A stretch of DNA of 64,000 bases, taken from contig CAVXDT010000005.1 in assembly GCA_963760525.1 (NCBI GenBank), positions 23,628 to 87,627 on the forward strand. The letters are read 5' to 3'. How positions within the stretch are numbered: the stretch's first letter is position 1; every line of letters starts with the position of its first letter. Position numbers and translations under genes: made by a program. Of the stretch, positions 50,045 through 58,136 are shown one piece after another. The notes below the pieces were generated by a model. It saw nothing but the letters and a program-made list of their open reading frames with translations. It was not told where the DNA came from and did no database searches. This stretch comes from Nitrososphaeria archaeon (GTDB lineage: Archaea; Thermoproteota; Nitrososphaeria; JACIWG01).

Positions 50045-50796
50045 TTGAGTGATGGTTTGACGCGTTACAAACGCCTTATTGTATTCTCGGTCGCATTTTT
50101 TGTTGTTTTGGTGCTATCCTTGTCAGCTGTTCCTGTCTTCGCTGAATCAGTGCAAAGCCCATCCGCTGGAGTCTCACAAGCTGATGTGCAGGCGAGCAGC
50201 CTGGTGGGAAGATATCCGCCCAAGATCACTATAGGGGAGACGATAACGGACAATCATGATGGTACGTGGACTTACTCCTACGACATCTGCTCCAACGAGG
50301 AAACTGTGAACATTTGGTGGGTCCTCATATATACCAGATTTGACTATGCGTCGACGGCGGTGGGCTCCTTCACTGCATTCGGAGGTCACACGTCGTGGGG
50401 TTTCGAAATTAACGAGCCTATCAACGCGAATCCCGAACAGGATGCCAGAAACATTGATCCGACCTTAACCGCGTTCCAGGACACTTATGCCCAGGTTGGC
50501 CGGGACCGCCTGTACAGGAACCCATAATCCCTGGAGAGCGAACTTATGGCTTCTCTTTCACAGCGAACGCCTACGATCCTAATCCGAAGGTCTTCGCGTA
50601 TGAGGTTGAAGGCCAATATTTCCATTATGATAGTAAGTTCGCTGCTTGGGGTTGGACGACTGGACCATGTAGGCAGACTCCTCCTGTGGGCGGCGAACTA
50701 GTTGTCTCCTCGAAGTATGGTCTAGTGTTCTCTGCTGCGGCCTTGATTGTTCCAGCTGCTGCCATCTTCTACGTGGAAAAGAAGAAGAGAAAGTAA
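50045..50796 (+). CDS. secreted protein of the VGGEL-tail family, one frameshift near 50500 (best preserved member)
   Basis: The signal peptide ends AVPVFAES. The mature part continues in the -1 frame without stops. It reads PIIPGERTYGFSFTANAYDPNPKVFAYEVEGQYFHYDSKFAAWGWTTGPCRQTPPVGGELVVSSKYGLVFSAAALIVPAAAIFYVEKKKRK-stop. Confidence 0.65.
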
Positions 50797-50958
50797 AAGG
50801 AAGTATCGGACAACAAAACATCCCTTCTTTTTTTATATCATAAATTCCCATATATCAAACTTAGACTGTCCCGAAATAATGAATGACACGTGCAATACTG
50901 AAGAAGCGCACGCAAAAATCCCAAGATAAAGAATCCATGTGCTCGAGTTTCACGTCTT

Positions 50959-51441
50959 TTACAGGTTCTGCTTCAAGTTCAGAGCAAACTCTTCCGCATG
51001 TTTGAGGTCTTCAGCATTAGGTCTACCCTTGTTTATTCCCCCAAATATTTAAGAAAACTATTGGTGTTGAAACCTGCACAACTAAATTCATCAACAATCA
51101 TGTAACCTTTAGATTGCAGTTTTTCCCTAAGCGCGAGTGATTTTTTGCACAACTTCTTCTGTCATACCTATCGCTGGAACTCCACAGGTTGAGAAGATGA
51201 ATGCTTTCTTATTTGTGACTTGTGGCAGTTTATCGGCAAAGTCAAGCAGAACTTTATGGTGTTTTCCACCATATATCCCTGAGCCAAAGCCTATCAGATC
51301 ATACTCCTGAAGCTCTTCAGGGTTTATTTGCTGTGGCGTTTTTATTTGTGCATCAAGAACTTTTGCAAAGACGTTAGCGATTTTCTCAGTATTATTGTGA
51401 TGATATGAAAACAAAACTAATAGAGATTTCATTGGAGACAC
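50959..51441 (-). CDS. flavodoxin family protein, two frameshifts
   Basis: SLLVLFSYHHNNTEKIA, YDLIGFGSGIYGGKHH and KAFIFSTCG are in the listed ORF. The C-terminus is recoverable in two further frames: LREKLQSKGYMIVDEFSCAGFNTNSFLKY and GGINKGRPNAEDLKHAEEFALNLKQNL. Confidence 0.7.
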
Positions 51442-51493
51442 AACACTAACTTACTTATGCCATCCGATTGATTCTTTCCCAATCTTTCCACCC

Positions 51494-52555
51494 TTAAGAG
51501 TATTTGCTGCTGGTTTCCGCTAACTGATTATAGGCGTTTTCTTCGATTTCAGCGATTTCTCTGAATTTCTCGGAGGTAGCACTTAGTCTTTCGTTGATGT
51601 CCTGCATTTTTTCAGCGTTTTCGAACATCAATCCTATTTCAGTGAATTTCCTGCCTGCCTGATCAAACATCGCCGAAGCTTCTTCAAGCGCTTTGTCTCC
51701 AACGATCTTTGCTGCTTCCTTCAGGAATCTTGAATACATGTATCGGAAACAGCCACCGCCTGTTCCGCCGATCTCGATGTAGATGTATAGGCTAAACAGG
51801 TTCATTCTGAGCTCTTTGTCTTCAAACATCTGTGGCCATTTCAGTATCTCGTTGGCAGTATATCGTAGCCCTTTTACGCCAAGGTTTTTGATGGGCGGGT
51901 TGAGTTGAGATTCTGCTGTTTGCTTCAATGCTGAAAAAAGGTCTTCGGGTCGGGGATCATGGTATTTTTCAAAATCAAATTCGAGGTAGGTGTTCTTTGG
52001 CGGAAAGGGCTTGTGAGTTGAGCCCCTTGCTTTGCGCAGTTGCTCAAGCGTGATTTCATGATAGAATCCCTTCTTCAGGCCAGCTGCTTTCTGATCCATG
52101 TCCGAAGCCAAAGCGGTGTTTTTTCCGTCAAAACCGCAGACCACGAAAGTGTGTCCTCCAAAGTGATAATCTTCAGGCAATTGGAACCATGGTAGCAGCC
52201 CCATGTCTCCGAACATCATCACTGGTTCTTTTTTCGCAAGCTTTTCTAATAGTGATGCTTCCGCTTTGCCAGCGCTTAAAGTGGATAAAACTGATATTTT
52301 AACGCCAGTTCTTTTGCCCAAGTCATCAAAGAAATCCTTGTTGTTGCCCCTGCCACCTATGAAGACGTAAGTTCCCAGACCCATCTTCATCTTCCAGTAG
52401 ATGAAACCCATTCCTGCACCTAGTCCAAGGATCATATCTTCTGACAATGGATGACTGTAGTAATGGAATATTTTTGCCAATGAGTTGGTCTGACAATGAT
52501 ATCCGTCTAAAACGGGACAGTTGCTGAAGGGTTTGATGGCGACATTTCTTTCCAT
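51494..52555 (-). CDS. BtrH_N plus DUF4872-like protein (papain-fold N-terminal domain)
   Basis: 353 aa. The motif CQTNSLAKIFHYYSHPLSEDMILGLGAGMGFIYW matches the BtrH N-terminal domain pattern as I recall it. Confidence 0.6.
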   Translation of the reverse strand: MERNVAIKPFSNCPVLDGYHCQTNSLAKIFHYYSHPLSEDMILGLGAGMGFIYWKMKMGLGTYVFIGGRGNNKDFFDDLGKRTGVKISVLSTLSAGKAEASLLEKLAKKEPVMMFGDMGLLPWFQLPEDYHFGGHTFVVCGFDGKNTALASDMDQKAAGLKKGFYHEITLEQLRKARGSTHKPFPPKNTYLEFDFEKYHDPRPEDLFSALKQTAESQLNPPIKNLGVKGLRYTANEILKWPQMFEDKELRMNLFSLYIYIEIGGTGGGCFRYMYSRFLKEAAKIVGDKALEEASAMFDQAGRKFTEIGLMFENAEKMQDINERLSATSEKFREIAEIEENAYNQLAETSSKYS

Positions 52556-52786
52556 TGTTTGACACTTCAGTCTTTAATTAATCAGTCCATTTTTAAATTT
52601 TTTTTGAATAGATTTAATCTTCACTATTAAATTCTTATATATCAAACATAAACTATCCTAAAATAATGATAGGTATTCGCTGTAGTGAAAAGGAATGTGT
52701 AATGGCTTCTAGACAAAACCACGTGCTTTTATCGGACTCAAATCCATCGTTTGATCCGACCACTTTAATATCGATATTGTGAAGGG

Positions 52787-53200
52787 ATGACGGAGAAAGC
52801 ATCTGGCATGAAGATTTTGGAAGATAATATGTCAGCTTCAAACGGAGACACGAGCCATAGGATCAGGTCTTCTATCTTGAGGATTATAGCACGAGCAAGA
52901 AGGTCTGGTGCGTGGAATAGGATGGAGAAGATTGATAGGGGCATTCTAGTGTTGAGTTCGAGGCTTGAGATAAAGTTCAGAAGCCTCAACCTGCTAAGGT
53001 CGATAGCAGTAATAGCGAGGAAGATAGCTGAGATATCATCTTTCACCTACAGGAACTATGTTTTGGGAATGAAAACCGCTTACAGGATGGCAGAGTTCGC
53101 GGTTCAAAATGGATACGATTCAGCAGCAGACTGGGTCAAGGAAAAACAATTTATCGTATGGTGGGGTATATTCGTAAGCCCGAGGACCTACACAAAATGA
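52787..53200 (+). CDS. hypothetical basic helical protein
   Basis: 137 aa and Arg-rich. It is preferred over the overlapping antisense ORF 52765-53046 on composition. Confidence 0.4.
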   Translation: MTEKASGMKILEDNMSASNGDTSHRIRSSILRIIARARRSGAWNRMEKIDRGILVLSSRLEIKFRSLNLLRSIAVIARKIAEISSFTYRNYVLGMKTAYRMAEFAVQNGYDSAADWVKEKQFIVWWGIFVSPRTYTK

Positions 53201-53300
53201 ATAGAGTAAGAAAGAAAGATTGAATGTGATCAGCGTAATGGGCGAAAACAAGGACTACACTTGAGAAAGGTCAGAAAACAGCACAGGTTTGTCGACCCAA

Positions 53301-53353
53301 AAAGGTTAAGTAGTACTTTAATACTATGTACTACTTGATTGGGTGGTTGAACT
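53301..53353 (+). promoter_or_regulatory. vapB-2 promoter with inverted GTAGTAC/GTACTAC repeat
   Basis: An AAAAGGTTAAG BRE/TATA-like box. GTAGTAC at 53310 and GTACTAC at 53328 are reverse complements of each other. The 11-mer GTACTACTTGA is shared with 37108. Confidence 0.5.
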
Positions 53354-53581
53354 GTGGAGGTCAAAGTGACCCGTAAGGGTCAGGTTACTGTTCCAATAGG
53401 ATTAAGGAAAAAATATAGAATAGTGGAGGGAATGAGAATGTCCGTTGAAGACTCGCCTAAAGGCATTATATTAAAGGTCATTCCAAAGATCGAAGACCTT
53501 GCTGGCATCGATGCTGGGAAGTTGAAGATCGATGACGCTTTCAAGAAGTTGGATAAGATGAGATCAGAAGACAGATACTAA
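53354..53581 (+). CDS. vapB: AbrB/SpoVT-type antitoxin (VapB-like)
   Basis: 75 aa with VKVTRKGQVTVPIGLRKKYRIVEG. GTG start. Confidence 0.85.
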   Translation: MEVKVTRKGQVTVPIGLRKKYRIVEGMRMSVEDSPKGIILKVIPKIEDLAGIDAGKLKIDDAFKKLDKMRSEDRY

Positions 53582-53582
53582 A

Positions 53583-53985
53583 ATGAGAGCTGTTATAGAC
53601 ACAAGATTTTTCATAGCGCACTTTCTTGCTGAAGATAGGGAGACAATAAACAAGACAAGGAGAATTTTAGAGGATTTGCAGAAGGAAGATAGTCGAGGAA
53701 TTATCCCAACTGTTGTAATTCACGAACTTTACAAGTTCGAAATGGAGAAATTTGGGCGCGAAGTCGCAGACATAAGAATTAACTCTATCTTAAAATCTAA
53801 TCTGAAATCATGAACTTGATTCCCAAAAAGCCATCGAATCTGCACAACTGAGATCTAGATATTCAGATTTGCCAATGGCTGATGCTATCATAGTCGCTAC
53901 TGCAATTAGCTCTTCTTCTGACTTTGTACTGACAGACGATATCCATATCAAACAGATTAAAGAAATAAAGACAAAATGGATATGA
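53583..53985 (+). CDS. vapC: PIN-domain toxin (VapC-like), frameshift near 53810
   Basis: The N-terminus AVIDTRFF carries the first acidic residue, and HELYKF follows. The C-terminus in the next frame is ELDSQKAIESAQLRSRYSDLPMADAIIVATAISSSSDFVLTDDIHI. Confidence 0.8.
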
Positions 53986-54038
53986 ATAGATATAAGCAAT
54001 TAACATCAGAGAACACAAAAGAAAAGGTTAGGTAGATA

Positions 54039-54935
54039 ATGCAAGCCGACAAGTCAAAGATCATAGCCTGCATTCCAGCTTTTAATGAAGAGCGGAGTAT
54101 AGCCGGTGTCATCATCAAAGCGCAGAAGCATGTTGACAAGATCATAGTATGCGATGATGGGTCAAAGGATATGACAGCGGAAATAGCTGAGAAGCTGGGA
54201 GCAGAGGTTGTCCGGCATGAAAGGAACATGGGGTATGGTGCAGCCTTAGCCACACTATTCAAGAAAGCCAGAGAAAATAATGCTGATATCATGATTACGT
54301 TGGATGGTGATGGCCAGCATGATCCCGATGATATTCCTAAGATGATGTCTCATCTTGCATCCGAGGAAGCTGATATTGTCATAGGATCAAGGTTCATGAC
54401 TATCGGCGGAGAAGGAGTTCCAAGTTATAGGAAGGTGGGTGTTAAGGCAATTACGAGGATTTCGAACATTGTTTCCTATCAAGAATTAACGGACGCCCAA
54501 TCCGGTTTCAGAGCGTACAACAAGGTGGCATTGAATTCGATTATGCCGAGTGAGACTCAAATGGGGGCGAGCACTGAAGTCCTGATGAAGGCAAGCGAGC
54601 TCAAGCTCAGAATCAGGGAAGTCCCTATAAAGATATCTTACGCTGGAAAAATTCCAGCGCGCAATCCAGTATATCAGGGGTTAGACGTTGTTCTGTCAAC
54701 GATAAAGCACCTTTCGATGAGGCATCCACTTCTCTTCTATGGTGTCCCCGGGTTTGCCTCTCTCGTGGTTGCTGCTTTCTTCTCGTTTTGGACGCTAGAA
54801 ATATTCGCAAACACAAGAGCAGTCGAAACAAACATAGCATTGGTAGCTGTAGCAGCAGCGATCGTAGGGCTGATGCTCATGACAACCGCGATATTGCTCT
54901 GGGTAATAATCAGCGTAGTACGGGAAAAGCAATGA
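54039..54935 (+). CDS. GT2 family glycosyltransferase (dolichyl-phosphate hexose synthase-like) with C-terminal TM helices
   Basis: IACIPAFNEERSI, VCDDGSKDMT, TLDGDGQHDP, two C-terminal TM helices. Confidence 0.9.
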   Translation: MQADKSKIIACIPAFNEERSIAGVIIKAQKHVDKIIVCDDGSKDMTAEIAEKLGAEVVRHERNMGYGAALATLFKKARENNADIMITLDGDGQHDPDDIPKMMSHLASEEADIVIGSRFMTIGGEGVPSYRKVGVKAITRISNIVSYQELTDAQSGFRAYNKVALNSIMPSETQMGASTEVLMKASELKLRIREVPIKISYAGKIPARNPVYQGLDVVLSTIKHLSMRHPLLFYGVPGFASLVVAAFFSFWTLEIFANTRAVETNIALVAVAAAIVGLMLMTTAILLWVIISVVREKQ

Positions 54936-55022
54936 TCGCAGGCGAACGGAAATCAGGGCAAATTGACCTGAATAGTAAGAATTATAGCATCGTCTATTAC
55001 ATAACTGCAGTGTGAAAATGGA

Positions 55023-55958
55023 TTGAGCACTATTCTGGTGACTGGTGGAGCAGGGTTCATAGGTTCTAACCTTGCAAAGGAACTCAGACAGAGAGGTCAC
55101 CATGTTATCGCTTTAGACCAGTTTAACACTGACAATGAAGGCTATGTTAGAGCTGATGTTCAAAGCTTCAGGCAGGTGGAGGAAGCTTTTGAAAAATGGA
55201 AGTTCGACTATGTCTACCATCTCGCAGCAGAATATGGCAGATGGAACGGAGAAGACTACTATGAAAACCTTTGGAGGACCAACGTCATAGGAACAAAACA
55301 TATGCTGCGATTGCAGCAGAAGCTCAATTTCAAGCTCATATTCTTCTCCTCCGCTGAAGTATACGGTGATTACGGAGGGCTTATTACAGAAGATGTTATG
55401 GAAAGAAATCCCATCAAGGACACCTATCAGATGAACGACTACGCGGTGACCAAGTGGGCAGGTGAGCTGATGTGCATGAACGCTGCCAAAATGTATGAGG
55501 CAGAGATTGTGAGGGTTAGGCCCGTCAACTGTTATGGGCCAGGAGAGCATTACACGCCCTACAGAGGTTTCATCCCGAAGTTCATCTTCCATGCGCTCTT
55601 CTGTAAGCCATATATCGTCTACAAGGGGCATCGGAGGATAATCGACTACGTTGACGACTCATGTCGAACTTTCGCCAACATTGTAGACAACTTTGTTCCA
55701 GGAGAAGTCTATAATGTGGGAGGAAGACTGGAGTGGGAGAAAGACATCAAAGAATATTCGGACATCGTTCTTAAAACAGTTGGCAGAGACGATTCTACAG
55801 TTGTATACAGGGATGCTGAGCCTTTTACTACAAAGATCAAGCACATAGACTGTTCAAAGGCAATCCGAGACCTGAAGCACAATCCTATGGTCTCTCCAGA
55901 AGAAGGGATAAAAAGAACTGTCGAATGGATGAAATGGTACTATAGGATGGGTGAATAG
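55023..55958 (+). CDS. NAD-dependent epimerase/dehydratase (extended SDR)
   Basis: VTGGAGFIGSNL, SSAEVYG, YAVTKWAGE (YxxxK). TTG start. Confidence 0.85.
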   Translation: MSTILVTGGAGFIGSNLAKELRQRGHHVIALDQFNTDNEGYVRADVQSFRQVEEAFEKWKFDYVYHLAAEYGRWNGEDYYENLWRTNVIGTKHMLRLQQKLNFKLIFFSSAEVYGDYGGLITEDVMERNPIKDTYQMNDYAVTKWAGELMCMNAAKMYEAEIVRVRPVNCYGPGEHYTPYRGFIPKFIFHALFCKPYIVYKGHRRIIDYVDDSCRTFANIVDNFVPGEVYNVGGRLEWEKDIKEYSDIVLKTVGRDDSTVVYRDAEPFTTKIKHIDCSKAIRDLKHNPMVSPEEGIKRTVEWMKWYYRMGE

Positions 55959-55960
55959 TG

Positions 55961-56965
55961 ATGGAAGAATCATATGATGCGTTCACGGGAAAGATCATTC
56001 TTGTCACAGGAGGAGCAGGCTCCATTGGAGCAAATCTGGTCAGAAGATTAAGTTTGCTGCAATATAAAGTAAGGAAAATAATCATTTTAGACGACTTATC
56101 ATCATCCTACGAATGGAATATTCCAAGAGGACCTAACATTCAATTCATAAGAGGCAGCATTCTAGACGAAGAAAAATTGAAGTGCGCCTTTAAAGACAAG
56201 CCTAACATAGTATATCATCTTGCAGCCCATTTCGCCAACCAGAACTCCGTAGACAACCCTGAAACAGACCTCATGGTGAACGGGATGGGTATCCTGAAGG
56301 TTCTCGAATACTCCCATCTTGCCAAGGTGGAACGGTTCATCTACTCCTCTTCAGGATGTGGCATATACGGACCCGATTCCAAAATACCCTTCGAAGAACA
56401 TGACGTGTCAATGAAGCTCTACACGCCATATCAGGTTACAAAGATGCTCGGCGAACTCTACACAAACTACTTCCACAACTTATATGACCTACCCATTGTA
56501 AACGCTAGGTTCTTCAACTCTTACGGTCCGGGAGAGGTTCCGGGAAAGTACAGGAACGTCATACCCAACTTCTTCTATTGGGCGATTAGCGGAAAACCGC
56601 TTCCCATCACCGGAACTGGCGAGGAAACGAGGGACTTCACCTATGTCGGAGACATAGTTGACGGTCTCTTGGCAATGACATCTAATGATAAAGCCGTAGG
56701 GGAAGCCTTCAACCTTGCCACGGCAAAGGAAATAAAAATCATAGATCTCGCCATGTGGGTAAATGACCTTGAAGGAACCAAGTCTGCAATAATATTCAAG
56801 GAAAGAAGAGAATGGGATAAGAAGACAAGGCTTCTCGCATCAATAGAGAAAGCGCATAGAATACTAGGCTATGAGCCGAAAGTGGAATTCAGGCAGGGGC
56901 TTATACGCGTTCATCAATGGTTTAGAGAGAATTGGGAGAGCATACAGAAGTCAGCGGAATTCTAG
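55961..56965 (+). CDS. NAD-dependent epimerase/dehydratase (extended SDR)
   Basis: VTGGAGSIGANL, SSSGCGIYG, YQVTKMLGE (YxxxK). Confidence 0.85.
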   Translation: MEESYDAFTGKIILVTGGAGSIGANLVRRLSLLQYKVRKIIILDDLSSSYEWNIPRGPNIQFIRGSILDEEKLKCAFKDKPNIVYHLAAHFANQNSVDNPETDLMVNGMGILKVLEYSHLAKVERFIYSSSGCGIYGPDSKIPFEEHDVSMKLYTPYQVTKMLGELYTNYFHNLYDLPIVNARFFNSYGPGEVPGKYRNVIPNFFYWAISGKPLPITGTGEETRDFTYVGDIVDGLLAMTSNDKAVGEAFNLATAKEIKIIDLAMWVNDLEGTKSAIIFKERREWDKKTRLLASIEKAHRILGYEPKVEFRQGLIRVHQWFRENWESIQKSAEF

Positions 56966-57055
56966 AAACCACCTGCTGTAAACCAGAAAACTTTGTCTCC
57001 AACGAAGCATCCGAATTTACGTAATACTCGATTGCAGCCTTGAAGTAACCGAAGA

Positions 57056-58132
57056 TTGAAAATAGCGATAGTCCTAGGCACAAGACCTGAAATAGTAAAG
57101 ATGTCGCCTATTGTCAGGGAACTTGAGCAGTCGGAATCAGATTTTCTTATCGTTCATACAGGCCAACATTATTCCTACAACATGGATAGGCAGTTCTTCG
57201 AACAACTTGAAATTCCAGAACCGAAATATAACTTGAACGTTGGCTCAGGCAGTCATGCAGAAGAAACTGGAAAAATGCTTATCGGAATAGAGCGGATCCT
57301 GATCAAGGAGAATCCGGATATAGTGCTCGTTGAGGGAGACACGAACAGCGTGCTTTCTGGAGCGTTAACTTCTTCAAAACTGCACATAAAGGTAGGCCAT
57401 GTTGAAGCTGGACTGCGCAGCTTTGACAGAGATATGCCAGAAGAAATAAACCGAGTTTTAACAGATCATATTTCCGACTATCTTTTTGCCCCAACAGAAA
57501 AAGCAAAAGAAAACCTGCTCAAAGAAGGAATAGAGGACAACAAGATATACGTTACAGGAAATACTATAGTTGACGCTGTAATGCAGAACATTAAAATGGC
57601 TAATGACGTCAACTCCCTCTCAAATGTCAGTTTGAACGAAAAATACTTCCTTGCTACCTTGCACAGACAAGAAAACGTTGACAAAGAGAAGAGTCTGAAG
57701 AGCATAATAATTGGTCTGGAAAATGCAGCTGAAAGGTTCGATATTCCCATAGTGTTCCCCATCCATCCGAGAACGAGAAAGATGATAGAGCGGTTCAACA
57801 TCCACATTAGCAACGGTGTGAAGCTCATTGAACCGTTGGACTACTTGGCATTCCTGAAGCTTCTGAGTGGGGCTAGTCTTGTGTTCACGGATTCTGGAGG
57901 CGTACAAGAGGAAGCATGCATCCTTAAAGTACCGTGTGTAACGTTGAGGTACAACACTGAAAGACCTGAGACCATAGATGTCGGAGCTAACATGCTTGCT
58001 GGAACTGAACCTCAAAGTATAGTTGAGAAAGCGTCAACCATGATCAGCAGGAAAAGAATTTGGGCAAATCCCTTTGGCGACGGCAAAGCTGCCGAGAGGA
58101 TAGTAAGAATTATAACATCATCCATAACCTAA
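57056..58132 (+). CDS. wecB: UDP-N-acetylglucosamine 2-epimerase (non-hydrolysing)
   Basis: IVLGTRPEIVKMSPI, HTGQHY, VEGDTNSVL, HVEAGLRSFD, TDSGGVQEEA. Confidence 0.9.
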   Translation: MKIAIVLGTRPEIVKMSPIVRELEQSESDFLIVHTGQHYSYNMDRQFFEQLEIPEPKYNLNVGSGSHAEETGKMLIGIERILIKENPDIVLVEGDTNSVLSGALTSSKLHIKVGHVEAGLRSFDRDMPEEINRVLTDHISDYLFAPTEKAKENLLKEGIEDNKIYVTGNTIVDAVMQNIKMANDVNSLSNVSLNEKYFLATLHRQENVDKEKSLKSIIIGLENAAERFDIPIVFPIHPRTRKMIERFNIHISNGVKLIEPLDYLAFLKLLSGASLVFTDSGGVQEEACILKVPCVTLRYNTERPETIDVGANMLAGTEPQSIVEKASTMISRKRIWANPFGDGKAAERIVRIITSSIT

Positions 58133-58136
58133 AGCC

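Noticed and set aside
49014-53985. Integrated plasmid or virus spanning the RHH gene, the iteron-like array and vapBC-2
   Set aside because: I could not identify an integrase, Rep, capsid or conjugation gene, a flanking tRNA, or terminal direct repeats. Only the repeat array itself is reported as a finding.
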